A DNA stretch of 64,000 nt from an uncultured cyanobacterium (GTDB taxonomy: Bacteria > Cyanobacteriota > Cyanobacteriia > Cyanobacteriales > Nostocaceae). Location of the stretch: positions 608,001 to 672,000 of the forward strand of contig CAVUDP010000004.1 of the NCBI GenBank assembly GCA_963740315.1, in the 5' to 3' direction. Below are positions 20,466-30,579 of the stretch, piece after piece. Under the pieces are notes generated by a model. That model made no database searches and had not been told where the DNA came from. It was given only the letters and a program-made list of their open reading frames with translations. The translations under genes were made by a program, and so were the position numbers. Each line of letters opens with the position of its first letter. The first letter of the stretch is position 1.

Positions 20466-20665
20466 ACTTAGTACTAAAATCGGCACGTCGAACCAGTCAT
20501 ATTTAATGCAATCAACTGCTAGTGACAGCCAACTATAATCAAGCAAAATTAAGACCTACGCGATTTTACCAACGCGATCGCACAAGAGTTAAGACTACTG
20601 AACCACCGGAATTAATAGTTAATAGTTACGCAATCATGCCCCATGCCCCATGCCCAATTCCCTTT

Positions 20666-21007
20666 TCACACAGTTTGTTTAACAACTTCTTGAGTCACCA
20701 TAAATGGTTGCGCCGAATTTAATACAGCTTCTAATAATCCGGGAAATAATTCTTCTAAATCTTCAACCCGCAGAGTGTTGATATGCTGGGTTCCTTCTTT
20801 GCGCGTCAAGACTACTCCCGACTCCCGCAAAATTTTAAAGTGATTGGACATTGTTGACTTCGCGATCGCAAAATCAAAATCGCCACAGCATTGCTCTTTC
20901 TTCGTTGCTAACTGTCGCACGATCTCCAATCTAACAGGGTCCCCCAAGGCATAAAGCACTCCCGCTAAAGATATATTTTTTTGCTCTGGATGATAAAGAA
21001 ATCTCAT
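20666..21007 (-). CDS. rexT: ArsR family redox-sensing regulator, RexT-like
   Basis: ALGDPVRLEIV, CC at 40/41, KSTMSNHFKILRESG; divergent from thioredoxin as in Anabaena. Confidence 0.8.
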   Translation of the reverse strand: MRFLYHPEQKNISLAGVLYALGDPVRLEIVRQLATKKEQCCGDFDFAIAKSTMSNHFKILRESGVVLTRKEGTQHINTLRVEDLEELFPGLLEAVLNSAQPFMVTQEVVKQTV

Positions 21008-21044
21008 TGTTGCAGGTTGTCTTAAAAAGGTCTATATTTTAATT

Positions 21045-21061
21045 ATTCGATATTATCGAAT
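21045..21061. promoter_or_regulatory. Perfect 8-1-8 palindrome, probable RexT operator
   Basis: ATTCGATA-T-TATCGAAT between the divergent ArsR and trx genes. Confidence 0.7.
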
Positions 21062-21091
21062 TATAGAAATATTATTAATAGGAGGACAAGT

Positions 21092-21415
21092 ATGTCATCC
21101 ATTACGAATGTGACAGATGCCACCTTTAAGCAAGAAGTCCTCGAAAGCGAAGTTCCGGTGCTAGTAGATTTTTGGGCACCGTGGTGCGGTCCTTGTCGGA
21201 TGGTTGCTCCAGTGGTAGACGAGGTTGCTGGAGAATACGAAGGACAAGTAAAAGTGGTGAAGTTAAACACAGACCAAAATCCCACTGTTGCCAGTCATTA
21301 CGGTATTCGCAGTATTCCAACGCTGATAGTATTTAAAGGCGGTCGGCAAGTCGATACGGTTGTAGGTGCAGTACCAAAAACAACCTTGACTAAAACTTTA
21401 GCACAGTATCTCTGA
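21092..21415 (+). CDS. trxA: Thioredoxin (m-type, TrxA2-like)
   Basis: [26 protein letters not shown]. Confidence 0.96.
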   Translation: MSSITNVTDATFKQEVLESEVPVLVDFWAPWCGPCRMVAPVVDEVAGEYEGQVKVVKLNTDQNPTVASHYGIRSIPTLIVFKGGRQVDTVVGAVPKTTLTKTLAQYL

Positions 21416-21676
21416 GCTAGGAAACAAAAGGGAAGGAACTGAAAATTGAAAAATTAAACCTAAAAACTGTTTTGATTTTTAGCTTCTTTCCTTTGACAAA
21501 TCTTGCAGCATTCGAGGGCAGGCACAAATAAACCGGGTTTCTCCAAACTGAAAACATTATTTTTTCGTTGTGTGATGTGCCTTCGTTCCCGGTTTATCGT
21601 CGGCGTGTATGTGTCTTCTTAGTAACATCCTTCATCCCTAAAACCTAATTCTTGTACCTTCTTCTCTGAATCGGAG

Positions 21677-21818
21677 CTTTGGTGTATACACAAGTTTTTT
21701 AAGGAAGGTTTCATAGCGTTTCGATCGGAACTAACCCCAGATGAATTAGGGGAAATCGCAGTTCAAGTCCCCCTTAAAAAGGGGGATTTAGGGGGATCTT
21801 ACGGTGTGTACGCGGTAG
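21677..21818. mobile_element. Degenerate MITE-like insertion with 11-bp flanking direct repeat
   Basis: CTGAATCGGAG at 21666-21676 and 21819-21829; imperfect termini CTTTGGTGTATACAC / GTGTGTACGCGGTAG. Confidence 0.5.
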
Positions 21819-21925
21819 CTGAATCGGAGTGGTTCTATTTAAAACTGTTTCTTCTTGGAGAACAGAGGTTTGGGGAGGTGTAAAGATGATATGTTAAAGA
21901 GTTGCTGACGGCAGAATATAACATA

Positions 21926-22573
21926 ATGAAAGGTAAATTAATTGTCTTTGAAGGGGTAGAAGGTTGCGGTAAAACTACGCAAATACAGCTTTGTTATGAA
22001 TGGCTGCAAAATTTAAAGATACCCGTAGTAACAACTCGCGAACCGGGGGGAACTGAATTAGGATTGCATCTTCGCTCTTTGTTGTTGGAAAAACAATACG
22101 ACAAATTAATTAGCCCCACCACAGAATTACTGTTGTACGCCGCCGATCGCTCGCAACACGTAGAACAAGAACTACTTCCCAACTTGAAATCGGGAAAAAT
22201 TATATTGTGCGATCGCTACGTTGACTCGACGATTGCGTATCAAGGTTACGGTCGCAATTTAGACATAAACTTGATTCATCAACTTAACTTAATAGCTACA
22301 TCCGGACTGAAAAGCGATCTAAGTTTATGGTTAGACTTAGACATCGAACAAGGAATGGAACGTAAACGAAAAAACGGCGATAAAGCAGATAGAATCGAGC
22401 AAGAAAAAATCGACTTTCATCGTCGCGTTCAAAAAGGATACAAAGAATTATTAGGCAACTCTCCAGAACTAAATTTTAAAATAGAAGCTAGTTTGAATAA
22501 AGAAGACGTACAAAAACAAATTCAGCAAATATTAACTTCTAAATTAGAAGAATGGGGAGTTGTTAATCATTAG
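21926..22573 (+). CDS. tmk: Thymidylate kinase
   Basis: FEGVEGCGKTTQ, TREPGGT, LLYAADR.QH, CDRY.DST.AYQGYGR. Confidence 0.95.
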   Translation: MKGKLIVFEGVEGCGKTTQIQLCYEWLQNLKIPVVTTREPGGTELGLHLRSLLLEKQYDKLISPTTELLLYAADRSQHVEQELLPNLKSGKIILCDRYVDSTIAYQGYGRNLDINLIHQLNLIATSGLKSDLSLWLDLDIEQGMERKRKNGDKADRIEQEKIDFHRRVQKGYKELLGNSPELNFKIEASLNKEDVQKQIQQILTSKLEEWGVVNH

Positions 22574-22617
22574 TTGTTAGTTGTTAGTTGTTAGTTGTTA
22601 GTTGTTAGTTGTTAGTA
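22572..22617 (+). repeat. Heptamer STRR array (TAGTTGT)n
   Basis: About six tandem copies. Confidence 0.9.
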
Positions 22618-22664
22618 GCTAATTTACAAGTATTCAATTATTACCAATTATCAATTCCGTAAAA

Positions 22665-23606
22665 ATGGATTCCTTTGCACCACTTATAGGACAAAGCCAA
22701 GCTGTAGAATTACTAAAACAAGCTGTCGCAAAAGATAGAATTGCGCCAGCATATTTATTCGTGGGTTCTCCTGGAGTGGGACGAAGTTTAACAGCGCGAT
22801 GTTTTTTAGAATTGCTGTTTACTCAAAATAAAAAAGATATCAACCTTATCCGCAGCAAGTTAGAAAAAGGAAACCATCCCGATTTACTTTGGGTACAGCC
22901 AACTTACCAACATCAAGGAAAGTTACTCAGTGCAACCGAGGCTGCCGAACAAAAATTAAAGCGTAAAGCACCGCCGATAATTCGCTTAGAACAAATTCGC
23001 CAAATTACCGAATTTCTGAGTCGTCCACCTTTAGAAGCGCCAAGAAATTTAGTAGTGTTGGAACAAGCCGAAACAATGGCAGAATCGGCAGCCAACGCTT
23101 TACTTAAAACTTTAGAAGAACCTGGAAAAGCAACGTTAATTTTGATTGCACCAACACCAGATTCTCTTTTAACAACATTAGTTTCCCGATGTCAAAAAAT
23201 TCCTTTTTACTGTTTGGATACAGCCGCAATGTCTCAAGTATTAGCATTATCTGGACATAGTGAAATATTAAATCATCCAACAGTATTGAGTATAGCAGCA
23301 GGTAGTCCGGGAAAAGCAATTGAAGCATACGAACAAATGCAAAAGATTCCCCTAGATTTATTGCGTTACTGTACTCAACCGCCTAAAACGTACCGCTCTG
23401 CATTAGAATTAGCAAAACAAATTGATAAAACTTTAGATAACGAAGCGCAGTTATGGTTAGTTGATTATTTACAACAGTCTTATTGGCATTGGCGGCAACC
23501 AAGCATTATTGAGCAGCTTGAAAAAAGCCGTAAAGCCTTACTTTGTTACGCGCAACCGCGCTTGGTATGGGAATGTATGTTTTTATCTTTAACTAATAAA
23601 TTGTAA
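22665..23606 (+). CDS. holB: DNA polymerase III subunit delta'
   Basis: AYLFVG..GVG, NHPDL, AANALLKTLEEP, LLTTLVSRCQ; follows tmk. Confidence 0.92.
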   Translation: MDSFAPLIGQSQAVELLKQAVAKDRIAPAYLFVGSPGVGRSLTARCFLELLFTQNKKDINLIRSKLEKGNHPDLLWVQPTYQHQGKLLSATEAAEQKLKRKAPPIIRLEQIRQITEFLSRPPLEAPRNLVVLEQAETMAESAANALLKTLEEPGKATLILIAPTPDSLLTTLVSRCQKIPFYCLDTAAMSQVLALSGHSEILNHPTVLSIAAGSPGKAIEAYEQMQKIPLDLLRYCTQPPKTYRSALELAKQIDKTLDNEAQLWLVDYLQQSYWHWRQPSIIEQLEKSRKALLCYAQPRLVWECMFLSLTNKL

Positions 23607-23625
23607 TTAAGTAGGTGGTGGGCAG

Positions 23626-23756
23626 TAGTATTCTATTTCATTAATTTTAAGGGTTTGTAGTAAGGGCTTCAGCCCCCTCCGGATTCCGTAATATGAGGCG
23701 CTGAAGCGCTTACTACGAACCTTTTTACCCTGCAAAATTAATGTGGTGAAGTAGTA
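23626..23756. repeat. MITE/SDR-like palindromic element
   Basis: GTAGTAAGGGCTTCAGC..GCTGAAGCGCTTACTAC hairpin with outer ATTAATTTT/AAAATTAAT arms; related copy at 52313-52360. Confidence 0.65.
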
Positions 23757-23848
23757 AGAGTAGTAATGTTTATTTTTGCTAACTAACTTGATTCCTAATT
23801 CGTAATAGCGACATAATCCAAAATCTAAAATCTAAAATCCAAAATTGA

Positions 23849-24898
23849 ATGACTAATATTATAGTAATCGGTGCCGGAATGGCGGGTTTAGTTTGCGCTC
23901 AGCAGTTAACCCAAGCCGGATATTCGGTAAGAGTAATAGATAAATCTCGTGGAGTTGGCGGAAGAGTTGCTACAAGACGTTTACATGATACAAAAGCGGA
24001 TCATGGTGCGTGTTATCTCAAACCCAAAGGTGAAATTTTACAGCGTTTAGCAAAATTGCTGGTTTCAAAAGGGGATTTAGAAATTTGGACAGAAACCCTT
24101 CATATTCAAGATAACTTTTCATCTGCGATCGCTCATCCATCATCTCTTCCCTACATCGCAGCAGAAGGAATGAACGCTATAGCTAAATTTATGGCACAAG
24201 GATTAGAAATACATCGGGCACAACGTATTAATTCAATTACCCTTACGAACGAAAACAAATGGCATTTAACAAGCGAAACTAGCAGCGACGAATTTACAGC
24301 TTCATCCGTAGTCGTTGCCATTCCAGCCCCACAAGCCGTCATGCTATTAGAATCATCAGCAGAATTATTAAATAATGGTTTTATAGAAAAACTGCGTAGT
24401 GTTGAATTTTACCCGGCTTTAACCGTAATGGCTGGATATCCTGACTCATCCCAACAACCTGAATGGAAAGCAATTACATTTAAAGATAATCCCGTATTGG
24501 GATGGATTGGGTTAGATAGCAGCAAACGAAAAAATCCCACACAACCGCATTTTGTTATCCATAGCAGCGCTGACTTCGCAGAAAAATATTTTGAATCGGA
24601 ATTGCAACAAGTAGGAAAAAAAATATTAGAAAATGCCGCTTCTAATGTAAGTTTACCTTGGTTAAATAATCCCCAGTGGATGCAAGTACATCGCTGGCGA
24701 TATGCTTTTCCTAAAACACCATTAGAACAACCTTTTTTAGCAGCAGAAACATCATCACCCTTAGTATGTTGCGGAGATTGGTGTGGCGGAAATGCGATCG
24801 AAAGTGCAATGCTTTCCGGAATCGCCGCAGCAGAATATATTAACAGTAAGCTTCAACAGCGTAAATTACCCGGAATTGATTTTTTAAATGCTTTGTGA
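23849..24898 (+). CDS. FAD-dependent oxidoreductase (renalase-like)
   Basis: IGAGMAGL, DKSRGVGGR.ATRR, DHGA, HRWRYAFP, CGDWC. Confidence 0.9.
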   Translation: MTNIIVIGAGMAGLVCAQQLTQAGYSVRVIDKSRGVGGRVATRRLHDTKADHGACYLKPKGEILQRLAKLLVSKGDLEIWTETLHIQDNFSSAIAHPSSLPYIAAEGMNAIAKFMAQGLEIHRAQRINSITLTNENKWHLTSETSSDEFTASSVVVAIPAPQAVMLLESSAELLNNGFIEKLRSVEFYPALTVMAGYPDSSQQPEWKAITFKDNPVLGWIGLDSSKRKNPTQPHFVIHSSADFAEKYFESELQQVGKKILENAASNVSLPWLNNPQWMQVHRWRYAFPKTPLEQPFLAAETSSPLVCCGDWCGGNAIESAMLSGIAAAEYINSKLQQRKLPGIDFLNAL

Positions 24899-24920
24899 TT
24901 ATCGATCTATACATTTATTT

Positions 24921-25165
24921 GTAGGGTGTGTTACGGCTTCGATATGTATTTAGGAAAAGAGAAATATAGCGAATGCCGTAACGCACCATTTAAATGAGAA
25001 TAATAATCCGAAATTGTAGTTTTTCACGAATCTCGGATGGTGCGTTAAACCTATAAAAATTGTCGTTAAGTTAATATACAGTCGTGGGTTTAACACACCC
25101 TACAATTTGATTAATAAAACTCCTAACTCCTAACTATAAAGACGTAGCACTGCTACGTCTCTACA
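24921..25165. repeat. REP doublet (REPIN-like) plus GTAGAGACG-type REP, copy 1
   Basis: GTAGGGTGTGTTACGGC..GCCGTAACGCACC, spacer, GGTGCGTTAAAC..GTTTAACACACCCTAC. Confidence 0.85.
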
Positions 25166-25168
25166 CAT

Positions 25169-25501
25169 TTATTCGCTCGGATCGTGTCCCCAATTCATCA
25201 ACGAATAACGCCAAGGAGTATCTTCAATATCACCATCTGGTTTCTGTGCGGAATGACGATGAACGTAACTTACAACTTTTTTCATGTGAGATATATCATC
25301 ATCGGTATAATCGTCTTTTTTCTTTTCCAAAATCTCGATGATGTGCTTACCAGACTTATGCCCAATTGATTCATCATCACCATCCTTTTTTTGTCCAACC
25401 GATTTGGATTCCTCAGTTTTTAACCAAGATTCCAACTGTTTCGCCGTCATATTAACAGCATCATCAAACTCTTTTATAACCGTTTCTGTATCTTTACTCA
25501 T
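25169..25501 (-). CDS. DUF3140 domain protein
   Basis: F..AVNMTA..LE.WL.TEES..VG, SIGH.SG, WRYSLMNWGHDP. Confidence 0.88.
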   Translation of the reverse strand: MSKDTETVIKEFDDAVNMTAKQLESWLKTEESKSVGQKKDGDDESIGHKSGKHIIEILEKKKDDYTDDDISHMKKVVSYVHRHSAQKPDGDIEDTPWRYSLMNWGHDPSE

Positions 25502-25513
25502 AAATCAAATGTA

Positions 25514-25729
25514 TTAGTCTTTAACTTTATCTAAAGACTCAGGTTTATGAGCCGCTTCTTTACCGCTTTTTTCGCTTTCAACTAAATATTCAGGATTATC
25601 TTTTGAAGCTGCAACGTGATGTCCTTTAATATCTGTTTCTGAAGTTAACTTCTTTTTTACTTCACCAGTTGTTTTTCCTTGGGAGGTATTCCACTGCACT
25701 TTATCGCCTTTTTTTAATTCGTCACTCAT
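25514..25729 (-). CDS. DUF2945 (Tudor-like) protein
   Basis: LKKGDKV.WNTSQG.T.G, AS..NPEY.VES.KSGKEAAHKPE.L. Confidence 0.88.
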   Translation of the reverse strand: MSDELKKGDKVQWNTSQGKTTGEVKKKLTSETDIKGHHVAASKDNPEYLVESEKSGKEAAHKPESLDKVKD

Positions 25730-25836
25730 ATTGTTTATGCGATCGATATTTAATTCTTACATACATATTTTAAGTACGGAATAAAAAAAAATCATCACTC
25801 TACTGACATCATTCTTTAGATAGATGAAATATTAAT

Positions 25837-26117
25837 GTAGAGACGTTGCACTGCAACGTCTCCTGCTGTTGGTAGGGTGTATTACGGCTTCGATATGTCG
25901 GGAAAAGAGAAATATAGCGTATGCCGAACGCACCATTTAAATGAGAACGATAATCCGAAATTGTATTTCACGAATCTCGGATGGTGCGTTAAACGGATAA
26001 AAATTGCCGTTTAAATTAATAAATAATCGTGCGTTTAAGACACCTTACAATCTAATTATACAAAAATATTACGTTATCCTACCAGACAAAAAGACGTAGC
26101 AGTGCTACGTCTCTACA
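25837..26117. repeat. GTAGAGACG-type REP plus REP doublet copy 2 (direct repeat of 24921-25165)
   Basis: 25872-26048 aligns closely to 24921-25103 including loops. Confidence 0.85.
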
Positions 26118-26126
26118 GATTAATCG

Positions 26127-27731
26127 TTAAAAAACTTCCAAAGGTAAATGATGCAATCCTTTCATATTTGCTAAGATACTGGCGGCTTTTTCAATTAAAT
26201 CGACATTGCCATTTAAGACATCATTGGAAGTCATGTTGTGAAAATAATCGGGAATTACTCCAGAATCTTCTAAGGGTAAACCATTTTGATTTCCTACACG
26301 AATCGCACGTTTTACAGCCATTCTTATTTGTGCGTTTCTAGGTAAAGGAGAAAAACCTAAAGGATGGAATAGATCGTAATATTCCCAAACGTTAGCACCA
26401 CCCGCACCAGTACTTCCATTAGTACCAAGAATCGGTCCTATATTATTATCTTGGAATCCTGCGGCAAAAATATCTGTAGTACTATAACTCAAAGCATCGG
26501 TTATCAAAATTGCGGGACCTAAATATTTTCTTCCGTGTTGATTAATCTCATCAATATAATAAGAATGTCCGCCAATCGGATGTCCTGAAGAATAAACAGC
26601 ACCAGTATCTATCGATCGCTCAATCGAACTTTTCCAAGGCTCCGGCGCTATTTTTAAAGTTGTCGGTGTATTAATAAATTGAAATAATTCTGGTTGAATT
26701 TTATTAGCAGTAAATAGTTGCAGAATCATTTCAGCCGCTTCAATATATCCACCACTATTACCGCGAACATCTACGATTAAACCATCTCTAGGTAGCTGTT
26801 CTAAAACGCGAATCAAATCTTGAATAAATTTTTGTCTATCGTAAATCATAAAGCTGTGAATTCGGATATAGCCAAATTCTCCATGTGTCGTACTGCAAAT
26901 ACTCCATTGAAAATCAGTTTCATAAAATGTTTGATTGTCCTGTTTAGGAGTCGAAGCAAACAAACCTTTCTTTATTTTTTGTAGTTTTGCAGCTTCAAAA
27001 TCAACACCTAAAGAACCATAAGCTTTTAAATTAGGAACAGCGCGATCGCTTGCTTGAGCTTTAGTTTCCGGTAGATTCCATGTTTGCCATTGAAAACGAT
27101 GCTCGTAATGCTCTTGATTTGCTGTTAAATAAGAAATATATAGCCATTCTTCATCGGGAACCAAATATTTACTTCCCGATCGCAGTGTCATAGAATTTAA
27201 ACCATAAATTCTCCGCGTATTTTCATTACTTGCATAAGTTCGCATACCATTTAACTCAATCGCACGTTCAATTGGTACGCCATTCCAATGAGTGATTATC
27301 GCTCCTTTTTTTAAAGCTTCATGTTCAAAATCTTCATTGACATGAGAAACTATATAAAATCTTTGATTGTTTTCATAACACTCCTCGATGATGAAAGGCA
27401 AAATAAAATTGATAGATTGATAAGGCATCGGAGGCATATAAACTGTATGTAAGTCTCTAAGCTGTGTAAATATGCCAATAATTTCTCGCTGAAAATTAAG
27501 TTCGTTCATCTTCACCAAACGATGCTTCAGTAGCTTCAAACGTTGCACTGGATCGATCGCATTTCTGGCTCGTTTCAAAGGTAAATGAACGTATATATTC
27601 TCGATAAAAGTTAAAGCTTGATCGACAATTTCTTCCCTTTCTTCTCTAATCGATTGCTCAATAATTTGCTTCTTCTGTTCTTCCGTCAATCCCATTGAAG
27701 CGACTACATTATCCAAATTATAGTCAGCCAT
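26127..27731 (-). CDS. S41 family peptidase
   Basis: LRDLHT, GYIRIHSF, GLIVDVRGNSGG, YSTTDIFAAGF, GAGGA, LEDSGVIPD. Confidence 0.82.
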   Translation of the reverse strand: MADYNLDNVVASMGLTEEQKKQIIEQSIREEREEIVDQALTFIENIYVHLPLKRARNAIDPVQRLKLLKHRLVKMNELNFQREIIGIFTQLRDLHTVYMPPMPYQSINFILPFIIEECYENNQRFYIVSHVNEDFEHEALKKGAIITHWNGVPIERAIELNGMRTYASNENTRRIYGLNSMTLRSGSKYLVPDEEWLYISYLTANQEHYEHRFQWQTWNLPETKAQASDRAVPNLKAYGSLGVDFEAAKLQKIKKGLFASTPKQDNQTFYETDFQWSICSTTHGEFGYIRIHSFMIYDRQKFIQDLIRVLEQLPRDGLIVDVRGNSGGYIEAAEMILQLFTANKIQPELFQFINTPTTLKIAPEPWKSSIERSIDTGAVYSSGHPIGGHSYYIDEINQHGRKYLGPAILITDALSYSTTDIFAAGFQDNNIGPILGTNGSTGAGGANVWEYYDLFHPLGFSPLPRNAQIRMAVKRAIRVGNQNGLPLEDSGVIPDYFHNMTSNDVLNGNVDLIEKAASILANMKGLHHLPLEVF

Positions 27732-28134
27732 AGTTATTCAACTCCTTACAGATGTTAGAAAGAATACCGCTATTGTTACACAACCTGTTTTTTAAACGTG
27801 AAAATTTAAATATTATTACGGTTGCTTTCAAAGTTGCAACGTTGCGATCGCAGTTTTTTAATTTCTCTGGGGGTAGGATTTTCAGGTTAAATAGTAATTG
27901 CTTAAGATTAAGATATAGCCGTAACGCAACATTTTTGTACAATGTCTGTTTAATTACCTTAATTCGCCAAGTATTGCAAGTCCCCGTCTAATAGCATAAG
28001 TCCTCTAAAAGAAGACTAAAAAATAATATTACTTATCAAACTTATTATTAAGCCCTCCTTCAGGGGTTGAGGGGATATAAATTTAGGGATACTAATTTTC
28101 TCGTTGCGATCGCGTAAGTCCTAATTATTAAATA

Positions 28135-28148
28135 AGAACAAAAATACT
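28135..28148. promoter_or_regulatory. Possible cyanobacterial LexA box
   Basis: AGAAC-AAAA-ATACT; reverse strand is one mismatch from AGTAC-N4-GTTCT; next to a TAAAAT -10-like hexamer. Confidence 0.3.
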
Positions 28149-28192
28149 ATAAAATATCTTTATTCCCGAATAAATAATTTAATAATAATCAT

Positions 28193-30463
28193 ATGTATTC
28201 CGAATTGCTTCAACCCGGCGATTTGCAAGCTTTTCTCGATCGTCCAGAAAGTTTAATAAATCAAAGTTTAGAATTTCAACTTGCTGTAGCAAACTATCTG
28301 CAAACCCCATGTCAACTATTAAAAGTATTAGTTAATAATAGTGGTTATCCTCAAGTTGTAGAAGCTGCAAAACTACACGTTAACTTAGCGGGAGAAGTCG
28401 GGGAAAATTGGCGAAAAGTTGCAGAAATAGCGATTAAAAATGCACCGTTAGAACAAAACGATAAATTAGTTGCAGAATTATTAAAAATTGCACCAGTACC
28501 AGAATATTTGATAAGCGAATGGATACCGGGAGATCGATTAATAGAAGGTTTAGAAAATCCTTATTTACCGCAGACAGATAAAATTAAATTACTGGAAAGA
28601 TTGGCGGATTCAACAATAATTGAAGAGCGTTTGAAAGCAGCAGCACATAACGATACACCGAAGGAAACATTAGAAATATTAGCAGGAGATTTAGAATTAC
28701 CGATTCGGATTGCTGTTAAATATCGGGATGATGGTTTTGATGATTTGATTGAAGTAATTGAAAGTCAACATGAGGTAGCATCCGACTGGGAAACCCTACA
28801 AAGCGAGTTAATTAAATTAGCAGAAAGTAAATGGAGTTGGATACGTCAAGCAGTAGCGAGGAATTTTAATGCACCTGTGGAGGTTTTGGGGAAATTAGCG
28901 GGGGATGGAGAGGAGAGAGTTCAATTAGCAGTAGCGAGGAATTTAGCTGCACCTGGGGAAGTGTTGGATTTGTTGGTTAATCATGGTTTTGGGGAAGTGA
29001 CGCAGAGTATTGCGAAACATCCGAATGCTTCGGAAAATGCTTTGGTGAAGTTGCTTCCGAGGTATGAAGACTTTATCGAGGGAAGAATAAAACCGATTGA
29101 TAATCTACCTCAGCCATTAAAGTTCATTCAAAATCTTGATACACCCAGTTCAGTTTTAGAAAAAATTGATTTAAATGATTGTCTTTCTTCATGGAAAGAG
29201 AAATTAGCTAGACATCCAAATGTATCAAAAAAACTGTTAGAAAAACTTTCAGAAGAAAAATCTCCGGTGATACGTCTCGCTGTATTTCAAAATATAAAAA
29301 CACCTGAATATATTAGAAATCTAATTTTAGAAGAACTTTTAGATTTTAAAAACAAAAAATATAAATATGACAAGGAAAGTTATTTCATATATTTTAAAGA
29401 TATTTGGATAGGTTTAGCTAATTCTCAAACTACTCCCAGTGATGTTTTAACAAAATTAGCTTATAATATTTCTTATTCAAATTCTGTGCTTATTGCATTG
29501 CTTATTAATCATAATACGCCAGAAAATTTAAGACAAAAGCTTTTACAAACATTGCTTTCACTACCGGAGTCAGAAAAATCATATCCAGATTGGCAAATAT
29601 ATTTAGCTATTGCTTTTAATTCAAGTATTTCTGAAAATGAACAACTAGAATATTTAAACAAAGCTATAAATTTAAGTGATAAAGCTCAACTCATTTTAGC
29701 AAGACATCCTAAAGCTCCGGCTTATATTTTAGAGCAACTAGCAAATACTACTTACATAAATTACGTTGCCGAAAACCCAAATACTCCTGCTCATGTTTTA
29801 CGCAAATTAATTAAACATAGATGTGACAATGTACGTCAATGTGTAGTAAAAAATCCTTCAACTCCTCCAGATGCTTTAATTGAATTAATTCATCAATCGT
29901 ATTTTAAATTAGGTCATTTTGCATATCAAACTTACGAAGAATTAAGTACATTAGCTTATGAATATCCTAATTTTCCTAAAAAAGAATTATATAGCGTTTT
30001 ATTAGATAAAGAAATTTCAGAAGAAAATCAAAACTCTTTATCTTTAGGGTATATAGTAAGGAACCACAAAAATATTTCACAATTCAAAGATTACATATCC
30101 AAAAACAAAGATACACAAACTTATAATCATCGTAGTGTAAAGCCGGATATACGTCCAGAATATTGTTTGCCTAAAAAAATAAGTCCAACTTTAAAAGGAT
30201 TAACCCGTTTATATAATTCCGAAACTGATGATTTACCAACTTTGTTATCAGAATACGTTAAATCATCAGTACCTTTCGTCAGATATATCTCTTTAATCCA
30301 TCCTTTAATTCCAATTGAATTTCTACAGCAACATTCCCAATCTTTACTGTGGTGGGAACGATATGCGATTGCAACTAATTCTGCTACTCCTTTAAAAATC
30401 AGAGAAACATTAACAGAAGATTGTAATTGTATCGTTAAGGCTGCTGCTAAAGATAATTTATAG
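28193..30463 (+). CDS. Leucine-rich repeat variant (LRV)/HEAT-like repeat protein
   Basis: Repeated VR.AVA.NPNTP..L..LA units; terminal W.ERYAIA.N..TP...L..D.N..V.AAA. Confidence 0.8.
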   Translation: MYSELLQPGDLQAFLDRPESLINQSLEFQLAVANYLQTPCQLLKVLVNNSGYPQVVEAAKLHVNLAGEVGENWRKVAEIAIKNAPLEQNDKLVAELLKIAPVPEYLISEWIPGDRLIEGLENPYLPQTDKIKLLERLADSTIIEERLKAAAHNDTPKETLEILAGDLELPIRIAVKYRDDGFDDLIEVIESQHEVASDWETLQSELIKLAESKWSWIRQAVARNFNAPVEVLGKLAGDGEERVQLAVARNLAAPGEVLDLLVNHGFGEVTQSIAKHPNASENALVKLLPRYEDFIEGRIKPIDNLPQPLKFIQNLDTPSSVLEKIDLNDCLSSWKEKLARHPNVSKKLLEKLSEEKSPVIRLAVFQNIKTPEYIRNLILEELLDFKNKKYKYDKESYFIYFKDIWIGLANSQTTPSDVLTKLAYNISYSNSVLIALLINHNTPENLRQKLLQTLLSLPESEKSYPDWQIYLAIAFNSSISENEQLEYLNKAINLSDKAQLILARHPKAPAYILEQLANTTYINYVAENPNTPAHVLRKLIKHRCDNVRQCVVKNPSTPPDALIELIHQSYFKLGHFAYQTYEELSTLAYEYPNFPKKELYSVLLDKEISEENQNSLSLGYIVRNHKNISQFKDYISKNKDTQTYNHRSVKPDIRPEYCLPKKISPTLKGLTRLYNSETDDLPTLLSEYVKSSVPFVRYISLIHPLIPIEFLQQHSQSLLWWERYAIATNSATPLKIRETLTEDCNCIVKAAAKDNL

Positions 30464-30473
30464 ATTATTTTTT

Positions 30474-30542
30474 GTAGGATGTGTGACGCTTTCAAAAATT
30501 GGACTAAGTAACGAAATAATGATGTTTATAGCGTCACGCACC
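30474..30542 (+). repeat. Long-loop GTAG REP (left of gene)
   Basis: GTAGGATGTGTGACGCT..AGCGTCACGCACC. Confidence 0.85.
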
Positions 30543-30579
30543 ATTAATTAACTATAACAATATTTTACCTATTGATAAT

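Noticed and set aside
24921..26117. Possible CRISPR array or integron attC sites
   Set aside because: No regular repeat-spacer periodicity, no cas or integron integrase; GTAG-hairpin structure fits REPs.
27724..27991. Two short overlapping ORFs
   Set aside because: AT-rich promoter region, no motifs, weak starts.
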